This document shows positions 9,586-18,754 of a stretch of DNA of 36,591 nucleotides, in pieces; the stretch's first letter is position 1, and each line of letters starts with the position of its first letter. A program made the position numbers and the translations under genes. This DNA comes from Candidatus Kaiserbacteria bacterium (GTDB lineage: Bacteria > Patescibacteriota > Minisyncoccia > Phycocordibacterales > UBA2100). The notes beneath the pieces were generated by a model, which searched no databases, was not told the DNA's origin, and worked only from the letters and a program-made list of their open reading frames with translations. The DNA is taken from positions 1 to 36,591 of the forward strand of contig JAFAPB010000084.1 of the NCBI GenBank assembly GCA_019247335.1, written 5' to 3'.

Positions 9586-10398
9586 TTACCGTATTTCGTA
9601 GGTGACTGTCACGTCCGAGACCACTTTGTTCTGTCCGACCGCGATTTCCGGGGCCGGAGCCGGTGCTGCGCCGCTTGCCTGGAGCGAGACATCTGCAGAC
9701 TTCGCGTAATAGATGCGATTATTGCCGCCTTCGTCGAAGCCGACGACGCGTACGATGGAGACGCCCAGCGAGCGAGCGAGCGTGTTCGCCTTGTCTTTTG
9801 CCGCCTGGATCGCCTTATCGCGCGCCTGCGCCTCGATGAGATCCTGATTCGCGACCGTGAAATTGAGACCGGAGACATTGGTCGCACCGCGTGAGCCAAC
9901 GCCCGAAAGAAGGTCGCCCGCTTTTTTGGTGTCGCGTACTTTGACGGTAAGCGTTTCCGAGACGTCGTAGCCGGTAATCGTCTGTTTGCCCGGACAATAC
10001 CCTCCTGCGGGGCAAGTCGTTGCGCTCCATTCGTAGTGCGGATTTACGCTGTAATCGGTGGTCTGGATGTCCTTCTCGTCGATACCCGCCTGTTTGAGGT
10101 AGTCGATAATATCGTTCGCTTTAGTATTGACTTGCGTCTGTGCCGTCGTCACGTCTTTGCCGGTCTGCATGACGCTGAACGAGAACTCGCCGGTATCCGG
10201 CACCGCATAGACGATCCCCTCACCCGAGACGGTGATGGTGTTGGTCGCGGTCACACCCGAGCCGATGTAACGGTAACCCTTGAGCTCGCCGAGTGATGCA
10301 AGCAGGAGAAAAAGCGCGAGCATCGCGAGCGCGGCGCTGCCGAAGGTGCGCGGCCAGTGCGTCGCAGTGATAATGTCACGTACCGATTGTTGTTCCAT
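9586..10398 (-). CDS. SIMPL/DUF541 (BP26-like) protein
   Basis: N-terminal TM, TITVSGEGIVYAVPD, GIDEKDIQT, AIQAAKDKA..LA..LG, V.V.YEI. Confidence 0.9.
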   Translation of the reverse strand: MEQQSVRDIITATHWPRTFGSAALAMLALFLLLASLGELKGYRYIGSGVTATNTITVSGEGIVYAVPDTGEFSFSVMQTGKDVTTAQTQVNTKANDIIDYLKQAGIDEKDIQTTDYSVNPHYEWSATTCPAGGYCPGKQTITGYDVSETLTVKVRDTKKAGDLLSGVGSRGATNVSGLNFTVANQDLIEAQARDKAIQAAKDKANTLARSLGVSIVRVVGFDEGGNNRIYYAKSADVSLQASGAAPAPAPEIAVGQNKVVSDVTVTYEIR

Positions 10399-10417
10399 AT
10401 ATATAAATCGTAGCACG

Positions 10418-10636
10418 CTATTGCGTGAGCGAATTCATATCGAGATTGTCGATGTTGCCGTACTGTGCGACGAACGACGGGATCACGAAGACGAGCCCGA
10501 CCGCCGGCAAGACGATGAGCGCGATCGTGACGACTCCCGTCCAAAAGAGATACTTGCGCACTTTCTCCGCGGCCTTGTATGTCGCATCTACCTTTTGCTC
10601 GAGCGTTTCGAGCCGTCGGCGCAATTCATCATCCAT
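10418..10636 (-). CDS. Small membrane protein (coiled coil plus TM)
   Basis: LETLEQKVDATYKAAEKVRKY followed by a hydrophobic segment; TGaTACACT-N6-ATG upstream. Confidence 0.75.
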   Translation of the reverse strand: MDDELRRRLETLEQKVDATYKAAEKVRKYLFWTGVVTIALIVLPAVGLVFVIPSFVAQYGNIDNLDMNSLTQ

Positions 10637-10648
10637 AGAGAAAGTGTA

Positions 10649-11125
10649 TCAGACTGCACGGCTCCGTATGTGGTGCCGGTACTCGTAGTAGATGAGCCAC
10701 ATAACGACGAGATCGAAGAGTGTGAGCAAAAGGAGCGCGGTCGAATACCGCTCCCAGAGTTTTACGATCTGATAGAGCGCAAAGAGCGCGAAAACAATGA
10801 GCGCCGCGGGATATGCCCAGCGCTTGCCGCGCAGCAGATTCCATACGAGAAACCCTTTCACAATGCCGTGCGAGAAGAGATAGAGGCTTCCATATAGCTG
10901 CACGTGCGGATCGAGATACGGCGCGAACGCATTGATGTGGCGCGCGAAGAAATCATCCGGGTCCTCAATGAGCTCGTTCTGTACCAGCGCGAGAATGAGA
11001 TCACCATGCTGCGCCGTGAAAAAAAGAACTGCGCTTAAGATGATCTCGAGCGCGGCATTCGCGCCCTTGAGGAGGATCGATACGTAGAATGCCTCGTCGA
11101 TTCCGGCTTCCCGCCAGCGCCGCAT
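10649..11125 (-). CDS. DUF2127-like membrane protein
   Basis: LLKGANAALE..ELIEDPDD..YLFSHGIVK..L..KRWAYP; recognised from memory. Confidence 0.75.
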   Translation of the reverse strand: MRRWREAGIDEAFYVSILLKGANAALEIILSAVLFFTAQHGDLILALVQNELIEDPDDFFARHINAFAPYLDPHVQLYGSLYLFSHGIVKGFLVWNLLRGKRWAYPAALIVFALFALYQIVKLWERYSTALLLLTLFDLVVMWLIYYEYRHHIRSRAV

Positions 11126-11126
11126 A

Positions 11127-11777
11127 TCAATCGCACTCCGCCTCGAGGAACAATCGGCGGTGTCGCGCGAAGATCACGCATGCGATTTGGTAGATGCCAT
11201 ACGTGATGAAAAATGCGGAGGCGACGTCGATCGAATAATGGATATGCCCTAAGAGCACAACGGTCGCAAAATAGACGGACGCCGCCAGGAAGAAATAGCG
11301 CAACAGCGGCTTATGCCAGAAACCGAGCGCGCCCAAAAACGGCATGCCGGTGTGCGCCGAGAAGAATTGATCCGCACCGAAAAATGCGCTCGCGATCGTC
11401 TTGCCGAAATCCGTCGGATACTCGATCTCCGGGGGGCCCAGGTGCGTGAGCAGCGTGAAGGCCGAGCGGATGACGATAAAGAGCGCGACCGAGAGGAGCG
11501 CGAACGGAATTCGCTTCGGCCGCGTGAGCACGAGAAAGAGCGAGACGAGGATCACGAAAGCCGTGCCGTAGACGAAAAAGTCGTCGACCTGAAAGATCGG
11601 GACATTGGAAAGGATCGCATCGGTCACAGAATTGCTCGCGCGCTCGGTCGCCTGCCGGATCGCCCAGAAATTAACGACGAGCGATGCCACGAATGCCGCT
11701 ATGGAAATAAGCGTCCAGCCCACGAAATCGAGGTCGGAAAATGCCGCGCGATACCGGGCGATGAGGCGCTTTCCCAT
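11127..11777 (-). CDS. PAP2/sphingomyelin-synthase-like integral membrane phosphotransferase
   Basis: Multi-TM; GADQFFSAHT and GHIHYSIDV resemble the D3/D4 catalytic motifs of sphingomyelin synthase/PAP2_C proteins. Start at ATG 11777. Confidence 0.75.
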   Translation of the reverse strand: MGKRLIARYRAAFSDLDFVGWTLISIAAFVASLVVNFWAIRQATERASNSVTDAILSNVPIFQVDDFFVYGTAFVILVSLFLVLTRPKRIPFALLSVALFIVIRSAFTLLTHLGPPEIEYPTDFGKTIASAFFGADQFFSAHTGMPFLGALGFWHKPLLRYFFLAASVYFATVVLLGHIHYSIDVASAFFITYGIYQIACVIFARHRRLFLEAECD

Positions 11778-11785
11778 ATAGGGCG

Positions 11786-11793
11786 AGTATACT
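11786..11793. promoter_or_regulatory. Palindromic AGTATACT: shared -10 element of two divergent leaderless genes
   Basis: TATACT on both strands, 6 nt before the DedA ATG (11800) and 8 nt before the PAP2-like ATG (11777). Confidence 0.6.
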
Positions 11794-11799
11794 ATCTGA

Positions 11800-12399
11800 A
11801 TGGATGCCACGACCATCGTCGGACTTGTCGCGATCCTGCAGCGCTTCAAGTACCCGATCTTGATCCCCCTCGCGGCGATTGAGGGCCCGATCCTTATGAT
11901 GCTCTGCGGCCTCGGCGCACATCTTGGCTACATCAGTTTCTGGCCGGCCTATATCTGCCTCGCGCTCGGCGATCTGGTCGGGGACGCTTTTTGGTACTGG
12001 CTCGGCTACCACTATGGTGAGCGGTTCGTCGGACGTTTCGGCTCCTATTTCTCAATTACGGAGACACATATCGATGCGGTGAAGCGCATCTTCCATCGTT
12101 ATCGCGTCTATATCCTTCTCATTTCGAAAGTGACGGCAGGCTTCGGGCTCGCGCTCGCGACGCTTTTCACCGCCGGGATGACGCGCGTCCCCTTCCCGCT
12201 CTTTATCGCGCTCAATGCGGTCGGCCAGCTCGTTTGGACGGGTATACTGATGGGGATCGGGTTCTTTTTGGGGACGTTCTATACGCAGGCGAATAATATT
12301 TACGGCAAGGTGACGGCCGTCGCCGCCATATTCTTCGTTTTCCTGCTCTTTATCGGATTCAGCAGATATATCCGATCACGTTTCGAACGCACGCTATGA
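11800..12399 (+). CDS. DedA/VTT-family membrane protein
   Basis: EGP, GDLVGDAFWYWLG..YG, AG..RVPF..F...N..G..VW. Confidence 0.9.
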   Translation: MDATTIVGLVAILQRFKYPILIPLAAIEGPILMMLCGLGAHLGYISFWPAYICLALGDLVGDAFWYWLGYHYGERFVGRFGSYFSITETHIDAVKRIFHRYRVYILLISKVTAGFGLALATLFTAGMTRVPFPLFIALNAVGQLVWTGILMGIGFFLGTFYTQANNIYGKVTAVAAIFFVFLLFIGFSRYIRSRFERTL

Positions 12400-13088
12400 T
12401 ATCCGTCGTCATCCCGACGTTGCAGGAAGAAAACTATATCGAAGACACGGTGCGGCAGTTCACGCGCCTCTCGATCCCGCATGAAGTGATCGTCTCCGAC
12501 GGGGGGTCCGCCGACCGCACCGTCGAGATCGCAAGGGCTGCGGGCGCGCAGATCGTGCTCTCCGCTGAGCGCAAAACTCCCTCGCACCAACGAAACGCCG
12601 GCGCAAAGCAAGCGAAAGGCGAGGTTTTGCTTTTTATCGACTCATCGGTCGTCCTCCCCGATACCGAATCCTTCCTCACCGCAGCGCTGAAGCATTTCGA
12701 AGATCCGGCGGTACTCGGCTATGCGGTTCCGCAGTGGATCGATCCGAAGAAAGCGACTTTTTCGGACCGCGTCGTCTGCACGATCGTCAACTGGACGCTC
12801 GCTCTCTCGAAAGGCGGATCAGGAAAATTCGTCATGGTGCGTCGCTCGGCATTCGAAGCGCTCATGGGTTTCCGCGAGGATCTCGTGACGCGTGAGGACG
12901 GCGATTTTTATATCCGACTCAATAGGATGGGCGAGGTCGTTTTCGACAAGTCACAATTCATCTATTACTCCGGCCGCCGTGAACATGCCTATGGCTGGCC
13001 GAAACTCCTCTCGATCTGGATGATCAATGTGATCTGGGTGACGCTCTTCAATAAAGCACTCACGAAAGAATGGACGCCAGTACGCTGA
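12396..13088 (+). CDS. Glycosyltransferase family 2
   Basis: ISVVIPTLQEE, VIVSDGGSAD, RNAGA, LFIDS, GF..ED. Confidence 0.9.
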   Translation: MISVVIPTLQEENYIEDTVRQFTRLSIPHEVIVSDGGSADRTVEIARAAGAQIVLSAERKTPSHQRNAGAKQAKGEVLLFIDSSVVLPDTESFLTAALKHFEDPAVLGYAVPQWIDPKKATFSDRVVCTIVNWTLALSKGGSGKFVMVRRSAFEALMGFREDLVTREDGDFYIRLNRMGEVVFDKSQFIYYSGRREHAYGWPKLLSIWMINVIWVTLFNKALTKEWTPVR

Positions 13089-13089
13089 T

Positions 13090-14163
13090 ATGAGCATGGA
13101 GGGCAAAATGGACCGGCGCAACTTTCTTAAAGGTGCGGCGGCTATTGGGGCGGCCGCGCTGCTCCCGGATGTTACAGTGAGCGACATGCAGGAGAAGTTG
13201 GAGGCCGCGCGCGTTCCGACGGCACTCGAAAAACGCTTCGGCTCTCGGATGGAATTCGACGGTAATGCTACCGATATTATTGATATTCAGCCGGAACAAC
13301 CGTCAGATAAGCCTGACATATTAGTCGCCCCGGGTTTCAACGCATCGATACACACAAATGCTCCCGTTCTCGAAATGCTGGCGAAAGACGGACGGCGTGT
13401 CATGTCGCTCAATCACCCGCACGCCGGACGTTCGCTGAGAGAAAGCGCTGATTCTAAAGAAAGTCGCGCCAAATTCCCGCTCACGGAACTTCGAAAGGCA
13501 TCGAACTTGCTGGATTTAATAGATGCAAAGAGTCCGGAGAAACCTGTCGATTGCTTTGCCTTTTCCGAGGGAGCGCTCAATACGATGCTGGCGGCATATC
13601 TCCACCCTGAAAAATTTAACAGCATCATACTTTCCGCTCCCGCGGGACTCATCGGCGATGATTCTCTCATAACACTCGCCGGACTCCAGAACAAGGAATC
13701 CGGCGGTCTCATGCAGCGTTTTTCGGCACAATCAGAGAGCGATAATGCTGCAGCCCGGCTTCCCGCATACTCTTCGGATGAAGCCTTACGGCAGGAAGAG
13801 ATGGAAATGTTCAAGCACATCGCATCGACTTGGGAAGCGGACGAGGAAACGGCTAAAAAGCACTTAGTCGCGACGATTGAAGACCTTTGGGCACTTTCTC
13901 ACATGCGCATTGACGATATGGTGGCATTCGTGCGGGCCGCAGGGGTAAAGGTCGCGGTTATCTCGGGCGTTGAAGACAAAGTATTCCCGACGGAACGTAT
14001 GGCGCGGCGTCTGCCGAAAGATTCGTTGGACGGATTCATGGCGACGCAGGGCGCGCATGGGCCGCACTATTCTGCGCGAGCCATCACCTATATTTTTGGC
14101 CTGCTTGACGCCAAGCGAGAAAAGGAGCGCGAAGAGCGGGCCGCCGCGAAGCAAAATCAATGA
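13090..14163 (+). CDS. Alpha/beta-hydrolase-fold protein with twin-arginine-like N-terminus
   Basis: MDRRNFLKGAAAIGAAALL; oxyanion-like APGF; nucleophile elbow AFSEG; ISGVEDKVFP; GAHG. Confidence 0.7.
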   Translation: MSMEGKMDRRNFLKGAAAIGAAALLPDVTVSDMQEKLEAARVPTALEKRFGSRMEFDGNATDIIDIQPEQPSDKPDILVAPGFNASIHTNAPVLEMLAKDGRRVMSLNHPHAGRSLRESADSKESRAKFPLTELRKASNLLDLIDAKSPEKPVDCFAFSEGALNTMLAAYLHPEKFNSIILSAPAGLIGDDSLITLAGLQNKESGGLMQRFSAQSESDNAAARLPAYSSDEALRQEEMEMFKHIASTWEADEETAKKHLVATIEDLWALSHMRIDDMVAFVRAAGVKVAVISGVEDKVFPTERMARRLPKDSLDGFMATQGAHGPHYSARAITYIFGLLDAKREKEREERAAAKQNQ

Positions 14164-14873
14164 CGCCGGTCGGTATATTCGTGCGTGACGGACCGGCCAA
14201 GAAAGATATGTGAGAGGAAATTGAGCGTGTAGTTGCCGGAGGTACGGACCAGTCCGTCGTGCTGGAAACGCCGCATCGACGTATAGATCACCATATGCAT
14301 ACGCAGATATACGGACCCGACCTTTGAGAGGCGTCGGCCGATGTCCGCATCTTCGCCGTAGAATTTGATCGATTTATCGAACTCCCCCGCCGCCTTGATA
14401 GCACTTTTTTGGGCCACGAAATTTCCGCCGATCAAGAGAAATCCCGTCATCCAATACGTGATCGGCAGCACGATCCATTCCACGAATTCTACGAGAACGC
14501 GCAGGTAGACCGGGCCGTCGAAATACTGGACCGGGCCCGTGAGCGCGACCGTCTCCGGATACGCACGGAAATGTTCCCGCACGACGTACGACCAGCCATC
14601 GGCCATGCGGCAGTCGGCATCGATGTAGGCAATGAGGTCGGTCGATGCGCTCTCATATCCTTTTTGGCGCGCGTGGGTGAGCCCTTTTTCATTTTCGCGC
14701 ACGACCCTCACAGGAAATTTTGCCGCGATGTCTCCCGTGCCGTCGGTTGATGCGTTGTCAACGACAATTATTTCCTTAAAAAATCCCGGTGCGTTTTTCT
14801 GCACGGATTCAATACACGGGCCGATGTGCTCCGCCTCGTTGTACGCCGGGATGATAAGTGTGATCTCAGGCAT
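14157..14873 (-). CDS. Glycosyltransferase family 2
   Basis: IIPAYNE, VVDNASTDGT, YIDAD, GGNF, FYGED. Confidence 0.92.
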   Translation of the reverse strand: MPEITLIIPAYNEAEHIGPCIESVQKNAPGFFKEIIVVDNASTDGTGDIAAKFPVRVVRENEKGLTHARQKGYESASTDLIAYIDADCRMADGWSYVVREHFRAYPETVALTGPVQYFDGPVYLRVLVEFVEWIVLPITYWMTGFLLIGGNFVAQKSAIKAAGEFDKSIKFYGEDADIGRRLSKVGSVYLRMHMVIYTSMRRFQHDGLVRTSGNYTLNFLSHIFLGRSVTHEYTDRRH

Positions 14874-15636
14874 GAGCGAAGCGCGCGACGACGTCGAGAT
14901 GTTCTTCCGTCATGCCGCCGAGCCGGAAGATCGTGACGGCGCCGACGCCGATTTTTTGCAAGTCTGTAAGATCGTTTTCAAGCTCGGCCGCCGTCAGTAT
15001 CTGCTCGTGTCCGATGTGGCCCTCGGCGGTCGCGCCGAGACCGACCGAGATCGCTTCCCCCGCCTCGTTACGAGCACGAATGCGGTCGCGCATTTTTCGC
15101 AATACGAAATCCTGTAGCGACCCGGTATACGAGCGGATCATACTCGTATAGTACCTAGGTATTCGCGCGTGGGAACCCGCGTAAGCGATCCCAAGGGCGC
15201 GCTTGATCGACTCGGAAAAAACGCCGATCGCCGGATATTCCGCCGTCGCGATCGTGAGACCGCGCGTACCATGGAGCGCGAGGATGCGCGCGGTCAGTTG
15301 CTTGTTCTTATGGAAACGAAAAAGATTACGGAGAAACAGGCGCGGCGTGAGTATCGGAAGCTCGAGATCAATGAGTACCTGCAACGGAGCGCCGGCGTAC
15401 GACTGCAGTTCGATAAGCAACCGCTCAAGCTCGTCGGTAAAGGAGAAGGGCGAGATCCAGTACGATCTCGAAAAGATCGCCCAATACGCGGGAGTCGCAC
15501 CACGGACCGATGCGGAGAGCGCCTGAAATTCATTGAGCGAACGGGACGCGAGATATATCGTCGACGGAAAGCCGAGCGAAGCGGTTTTCGCCAGATTATT
15601 CGGCGTAGGAGTTTCCTCGAAAAAATCGATGCGCAT
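14866..15636 (-). CDS. Hypothetical protein (possible TIM-barrel, DxE motif)
   Basis: Long ORF; start moved to ATG 15636 (MRIDFFEE) because the longer ORF overlaps tRNA-His; LIDLELP and TIFRLGG motifs; overlaps the downstream GT2 start. Confidence 0.65.
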   Translation of the reverse strand: MRIDFFEETPTPNNLAKTASLGFPSTIYLASRSLNEFQALSASVRGATPAYWAIFSRSYWISPFSFTDELERLLIELQSYAGAPLQVLIDLELPILTPRLFLRNLFRFHKNKQLTARILALHGTRGLTIATAEYPAIGVFSESIKRALGIAYAGSHARIPRYYTSMIRSYTGSLQDFVLRKMRDRIRARNEAGEAISVGLGATAEGHIGHEQILTAAELENDLTDLQKIGVGAVTIFRLGGMTEEHLDVVARFAHA

Positions 15637-15675
15637 AGCGCTGTGCGTTAGACCAAAGTCTAGCATTGCCGCGGG

Positions 15676-15748
15676 GGCGATCGCCGGGAATCGAACCCGA
15701 ATCGAGGGCTCCACAAACCCTAGTGTTAACCGTTACACCACGATCGCC
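15676..15748 (-). tRNA. tRNA-His (GTG), with encoded G-1
   Basis: GGCGATCG..TGGTGTAACGGTTAACAC..AGGGT-TTGTGGA-GCCCT..GGTTCGATTCC..CGATCGCC; no encoded CCA. Confidence 0.95.
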
Positions 15749-15788
15749 ATCAAACACTAGATTTATAGCACAAAAGCCGTAAACGACA

Positions 15789-15812
15789 GCGCCGCCCCTT
15801 TCGGGGCGGCGC
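15789..15812 (-). terminator. Intrinsic terminator-like hairpin after DUF4383-like gene
   Basis: Perfect 10-bp stem GCGCCGCCCC-GAAA-GGGGCGGCGC followed by TGTCGTTT. Confidence 0.7.
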
Positions 15813-15834
15813 GTGAGTTTTCGCTGCTGCGAGA

Positions 15835-16236
15835 TTACATCGCGCCGGCCGGCGAGTTCATCGCCATGCTGCCCGATGACTCCTTCATCCAGAAGCCCGC
15901 CCAGAGCGCGATGACCGCGATCAGGACGTGGAGGACGTTGTCCGCCATGTTGACCCCGATGAGGCCGAGGACCGTTGAGCCCTGTACGAATCCGACGATC
16001 GCGACGAGCGCGTAGACGATACCGAAGATCTTGAAGTAGAGATTCACATACGCACCCGAGCCGAGCGCGACCAGGATCGCGACGATGCCGGTCGCGAGAT
16101 GGATAATGTTGTGAATCGCGTCCACCTGGAAGATACCAAGGAGGAGCCCGTCAGCTGAGGTCACGCCCGGAATGAATCCGAGAATGCCGACGACGGTCAA
16201 GATGATACCGAACGCCCATGCCAATTTCTTAGCCAT
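15835..16236 (-). CDS. DUF4383-like membrane protein
   Basis: GILGFIPG..LLGIFQVDAIHNIIHLATG..N.ADNVLH; 4 TMs. Confidence 0.8.
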   Translation of the reverse strand: MAKKLAWAFGIILTVVGILGFIPGVTSADGLLLGIFQVDAIHNIIHLATGIVAILVALGSGAYVNLYFKIFGIVYALVAIVGFVQGSTVLGLIGVNMADNVLHVLIAVIALWAGFWMKESSGSMAMNSPAGAM

Positions 16237-16346
16237 AATGTTTATTTTTTTAGATGCTACTAATGGTAAAACTTCATGATTTTCGACCCGTATGGCTCTA
16301 TTGTGTACCCGCCGTGCCCGCAGTCAAGCCGCTTTGCGGCGTGTAT

Positions 16347-17447
16347 TTAGCGGGTGAATTCGGTCAATACGGGGGTCGTCGTCGCGTCGCTCACAGTGAA
16401 CGAGACGCGCCCGATGATGTCCCCCGTGCTCGTCAGCACGTTGACCCGCCATTTGCCGGGCTCGACGGTCGTTTTTTGCGAGTAGCCGCGGTAACCTCCC
16501 TCGCGGCCACCAGCGACCGGAAAGCTCACGACGCCCTCGGTGAGCCACGTTTTTGCGCTCTCGTCATAATGCTGCCATTGGTGAATGATCGTCGTCGAAA
16601 GCCCCGTCGGCGCGAAGATCGCCGTGTAAACATACACACTCTCCCCCGGCGCACGGTGGAAGACCCGCGCGTACGTGAGGAGCGATTCCAGCCACGACGT
16701 CGGCTCACCGCTCAAAAGGTAATCCGTCCCCTCGCGCGTCACCGAGTGATAGACGCCCGCGTCTTTGAGCGCGAGGGGAAGCGGCGGTATCGCATGCGTA
16801 AAATAGAGCACGTTGAAAAGCGCGTACACGATCGCAACAGCGCGTGCCGCGCGCATACGCCCCTCCCGTTCCGCTTCGGGTACGACGAGGTGCAGCACAT
16901 ACATAAGGAGCGCGACGAGTACGAGCGCGGTAATCCCGCTCAAAAGGAACATCAGATCGCCGATCCGGTGCATCACAACAGGCAGGAAGAAAATGAGAAA
17001 TGCGAACAGCGTCGTGAAATAGATTCCGATCTGGAACGGGAGGCGTACGTAGAGTCGCGTGAAGCGCTCGTTGCCAATCAAGAGCCCCGCGACCAGCAGT
17101 ACGAAGATCCAACTGCCCGCAAAGCCGACGCTTCGCGAATAGAGCGAAACGAAGCCGCTGAAGAGTCCGCCGAAGGAGAATTGGATGACGACGGGAATGA
17201 GCGGCGCGACAGAGAGGAAGATACGGTGCCGCAGCTTACCCGTCTCGATCATATGAATAAGCACGATGCCGAGCGCGGCGACAAAAAGATAGCTGATGAG
17301 AAGAACGTTGCTGCGCAACGTATCGACGCGGCGCAAAAGAATGAGGTTGTCGGCGATAAAGCCGGCGATGAGCGAGAGCGGCGAGATGTAGCGCTCGTAC
17401 CAATGGACGAGGTCCGCGACACTCTTGGGCAGATACCGACGGATCAT
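16347..17447 (-). CDS. DUF2914-like membrane protein (multi-TM plus C-terminal beta domain)
   Basis: IPPLPLAL..GVYH..YVYTAIFAP..IIHQW..GGREGGYRGYS..GKWRV; ATGA overlap with the upstream gene at 17444-17447. Confidence 0.8.
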   Translation of the reverse strand: MIRRYLPKSVADLVHWYERYISPLSLIAGFIADNLILLRRVDTLRSNVLLISYLFVAALGIVLIHMIETGKLRHRIFLSVAPLIPVVIQFSFGGLFSGFVSLYSRSVGFAGSWIFVLLVAGLLIGNERFTRLYVRLPFQIGIYFTTLFAFLIFFLPVVMHRIGDLMFLLSGITALVLVALLMYVLHLVVPEAEREGRMRAARAVAIVYALFNVLYFTHAIPPLPLALKDAGVYHSVTREGTDYLLSGEPTSWLESLLTYARVFHRAPGESVYVYTAIFAPTGLSTTIIHQWQHYDESAKTWLTEGVVSFPVAGGREGGYRGYSQKTTVEPGKWRVNVLTSTGDIIGRVSFTVSDATTTPVLTEFTR

Positions 17448-18001
17448 GCGGAATACTGGGGCGGCTTCTCTTCCACCCCGGCCTCGTGATTGGCGAAGCG
17501 CGTGAGGGCGTACAGGAGCGAGGAGAGGCGGTTGGCATATGCGCGGCTCGACGGGCTCACTTCCCGCTCGCCGCTTTCGTGCAGAGTGACCAGCCGCCGC
17601 TCGGCGCGGCGCGATACCGCGCGCGCGATGTCGAGCCGCGCGGAGAGTTCCGTGCCGCCCGGTACGAGAAATGATTTCACCTCCGGCAAACTCGCCTCGA
17701 CGCGCTTGATGAATTCCCCCATATGCTCGACGGTCGAGAGCGGCACTGATTTCTGCGCGCCGGCGACCTCCGCCTGGATCGTGAACAGATTGTCCTGCAC
17801 GTCGTGCAGGATGCTTTTCATGGTACGCCCGTCGATTACGCTCTCCCCGCTCGCTGCTTTGCACCAACCGACGAGCCCGTTCAATTCATCGAGCTGTCCC
17901 AGGCATTCGAACACGGGCGATGACTTCGACACGCGCTTCCCCGGCTCCGAATCGAATAGTTTCGATGTCCCGCCGTCCCCTTTGCCCGTAAAGAAGGCCA
18001 T
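17444..18001 (-). CDS. PduO-type ATP:cob(I)alamin adenosyltransferase
   Basis: FTGKGDGGTS, G.LDELN, F.VPGG, AR.V.RRAERR, Y.NRLSS.L. Confidence 0.92.
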   Translation of the reverse strand: MAFFTGKGDGGTSKLFDSEPGKRVSKSSPVFECLGQLDELNGLVGWCKAASGESVIDGRTMKSILHDVQDNLFTIQAEVAGAQKSVPLSTVEHMGEFIKRVEASLPEVKSFLVPGGTELSARLDIARAVSRRAERRLVTLHESGEREVSPSSRAYANRLSSLLYALTRFANHEAGVEEKPPQYSA

Positions 18002-18087
18002 AGTGAAATGATAGCAAAAAGCTGATCCGTACCCTTATACTGTGAAAAGGTGGCGACTATCAATGCCTAGAGAGTGAGGGAACGAAC

Positions 18088-18555
18088 ATGCGTCTCATGC
18101 CCGCTTTGCTACTCGCATGCCTTTTGTGCGGCGATGCCGCTTATGCCGCGCTCGTCGAAGAGCCGCTCAACCCGCTCCTTATGACCCCGAAGCAGCGCTT
18201 CATGGCGGCAGAGAAAGCGGTTTCCGTTGCGACACGGTGTGTGATCGATAAGCTCGCAGCGGATCATCGCTTCGTGGAAGAGCTGCACGCGTCCGGGATC
18301 AAGGCAGAAGAAGTACGGCCGACGCCTCTGTGCATCCCGCAGCGCTCGCGCGCTGGCAATGGAAAGGCGACGCCGCTCTCGAATATGATCATGCACGCGA
18401 TCAATGCATGCGGCGGCGCCATGCGCCGCGTGCGCGAGACCTGCGACGATCTCGCAGGTAACGGAAGCGGCGAAAAATATGTCGACGCGCCGTATCTCGA
18501 CGACCTGCCGACCGTCGTCATTCACGCGATCGAGGAACTCGCCGGCCCCCCTTAG
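18088..18555 (+). CDS. Hypothetical secreted protein (Cys-containing)
   Basis: Signal-peptide-like N-terminus (AAYA|A); upstream GAGGG RBS-like sequence; no family recognised. Confidence 0.6.
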   Translation: MRLMPALLLACLLCGDAAYAALVEEPLNPLLMTPKQRFMAAEKAVSVATRCVIDKLAADHRFVEELHASGIKAEEVRPTPLCIPQRSRAGNGKATPLSNMIMHAINACGGAMRRVRETCDDLAGNGSGEKYVDAPYLDDLPTVVIHAIEELAGPP

Positions 18556-18705
18556 GGCCGGTTTCCTTTTAGATATTGAGTGCGCGCTCCTGGACGACTT
18601 TAGAACTGTTAACTGGTTAGAGGAATACCCGTTCTCGACCGTCGCCCTCTCCGAAATATTCTCGCTGACACAAGGCTATTGACAGAACAGAAAGTTTGTC
18701 GCCAA

Positions 18706-18747
18706 TGCCTGTGCGTTGTTGCAACGCGCAGGCACTTCTGATAGGGT
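18706..18747 (+). promoter_or_regulatory. Sigma70-type promoter (TTGCAA-N17-TAGGGT, extended TG) overlapped by a 13-bp inverted repeat (putative operator)
   Basis: TGCCTGTGCGTTG-ttg-CAACGCGCAGGCA (18706-18734, one mismatch) spans the -35; the -10 lies 7 nt before ATG 18755. Confidence 0.55.
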
Positions 18748-18754
18748 ACGGCTG

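Noticed and set aside
16254-17489. 411-aa plus-strand ORF
   Set aside because: Antisense to the DUF2914-like gene; composition is typical of a shadow frame of a membrane protein gene.
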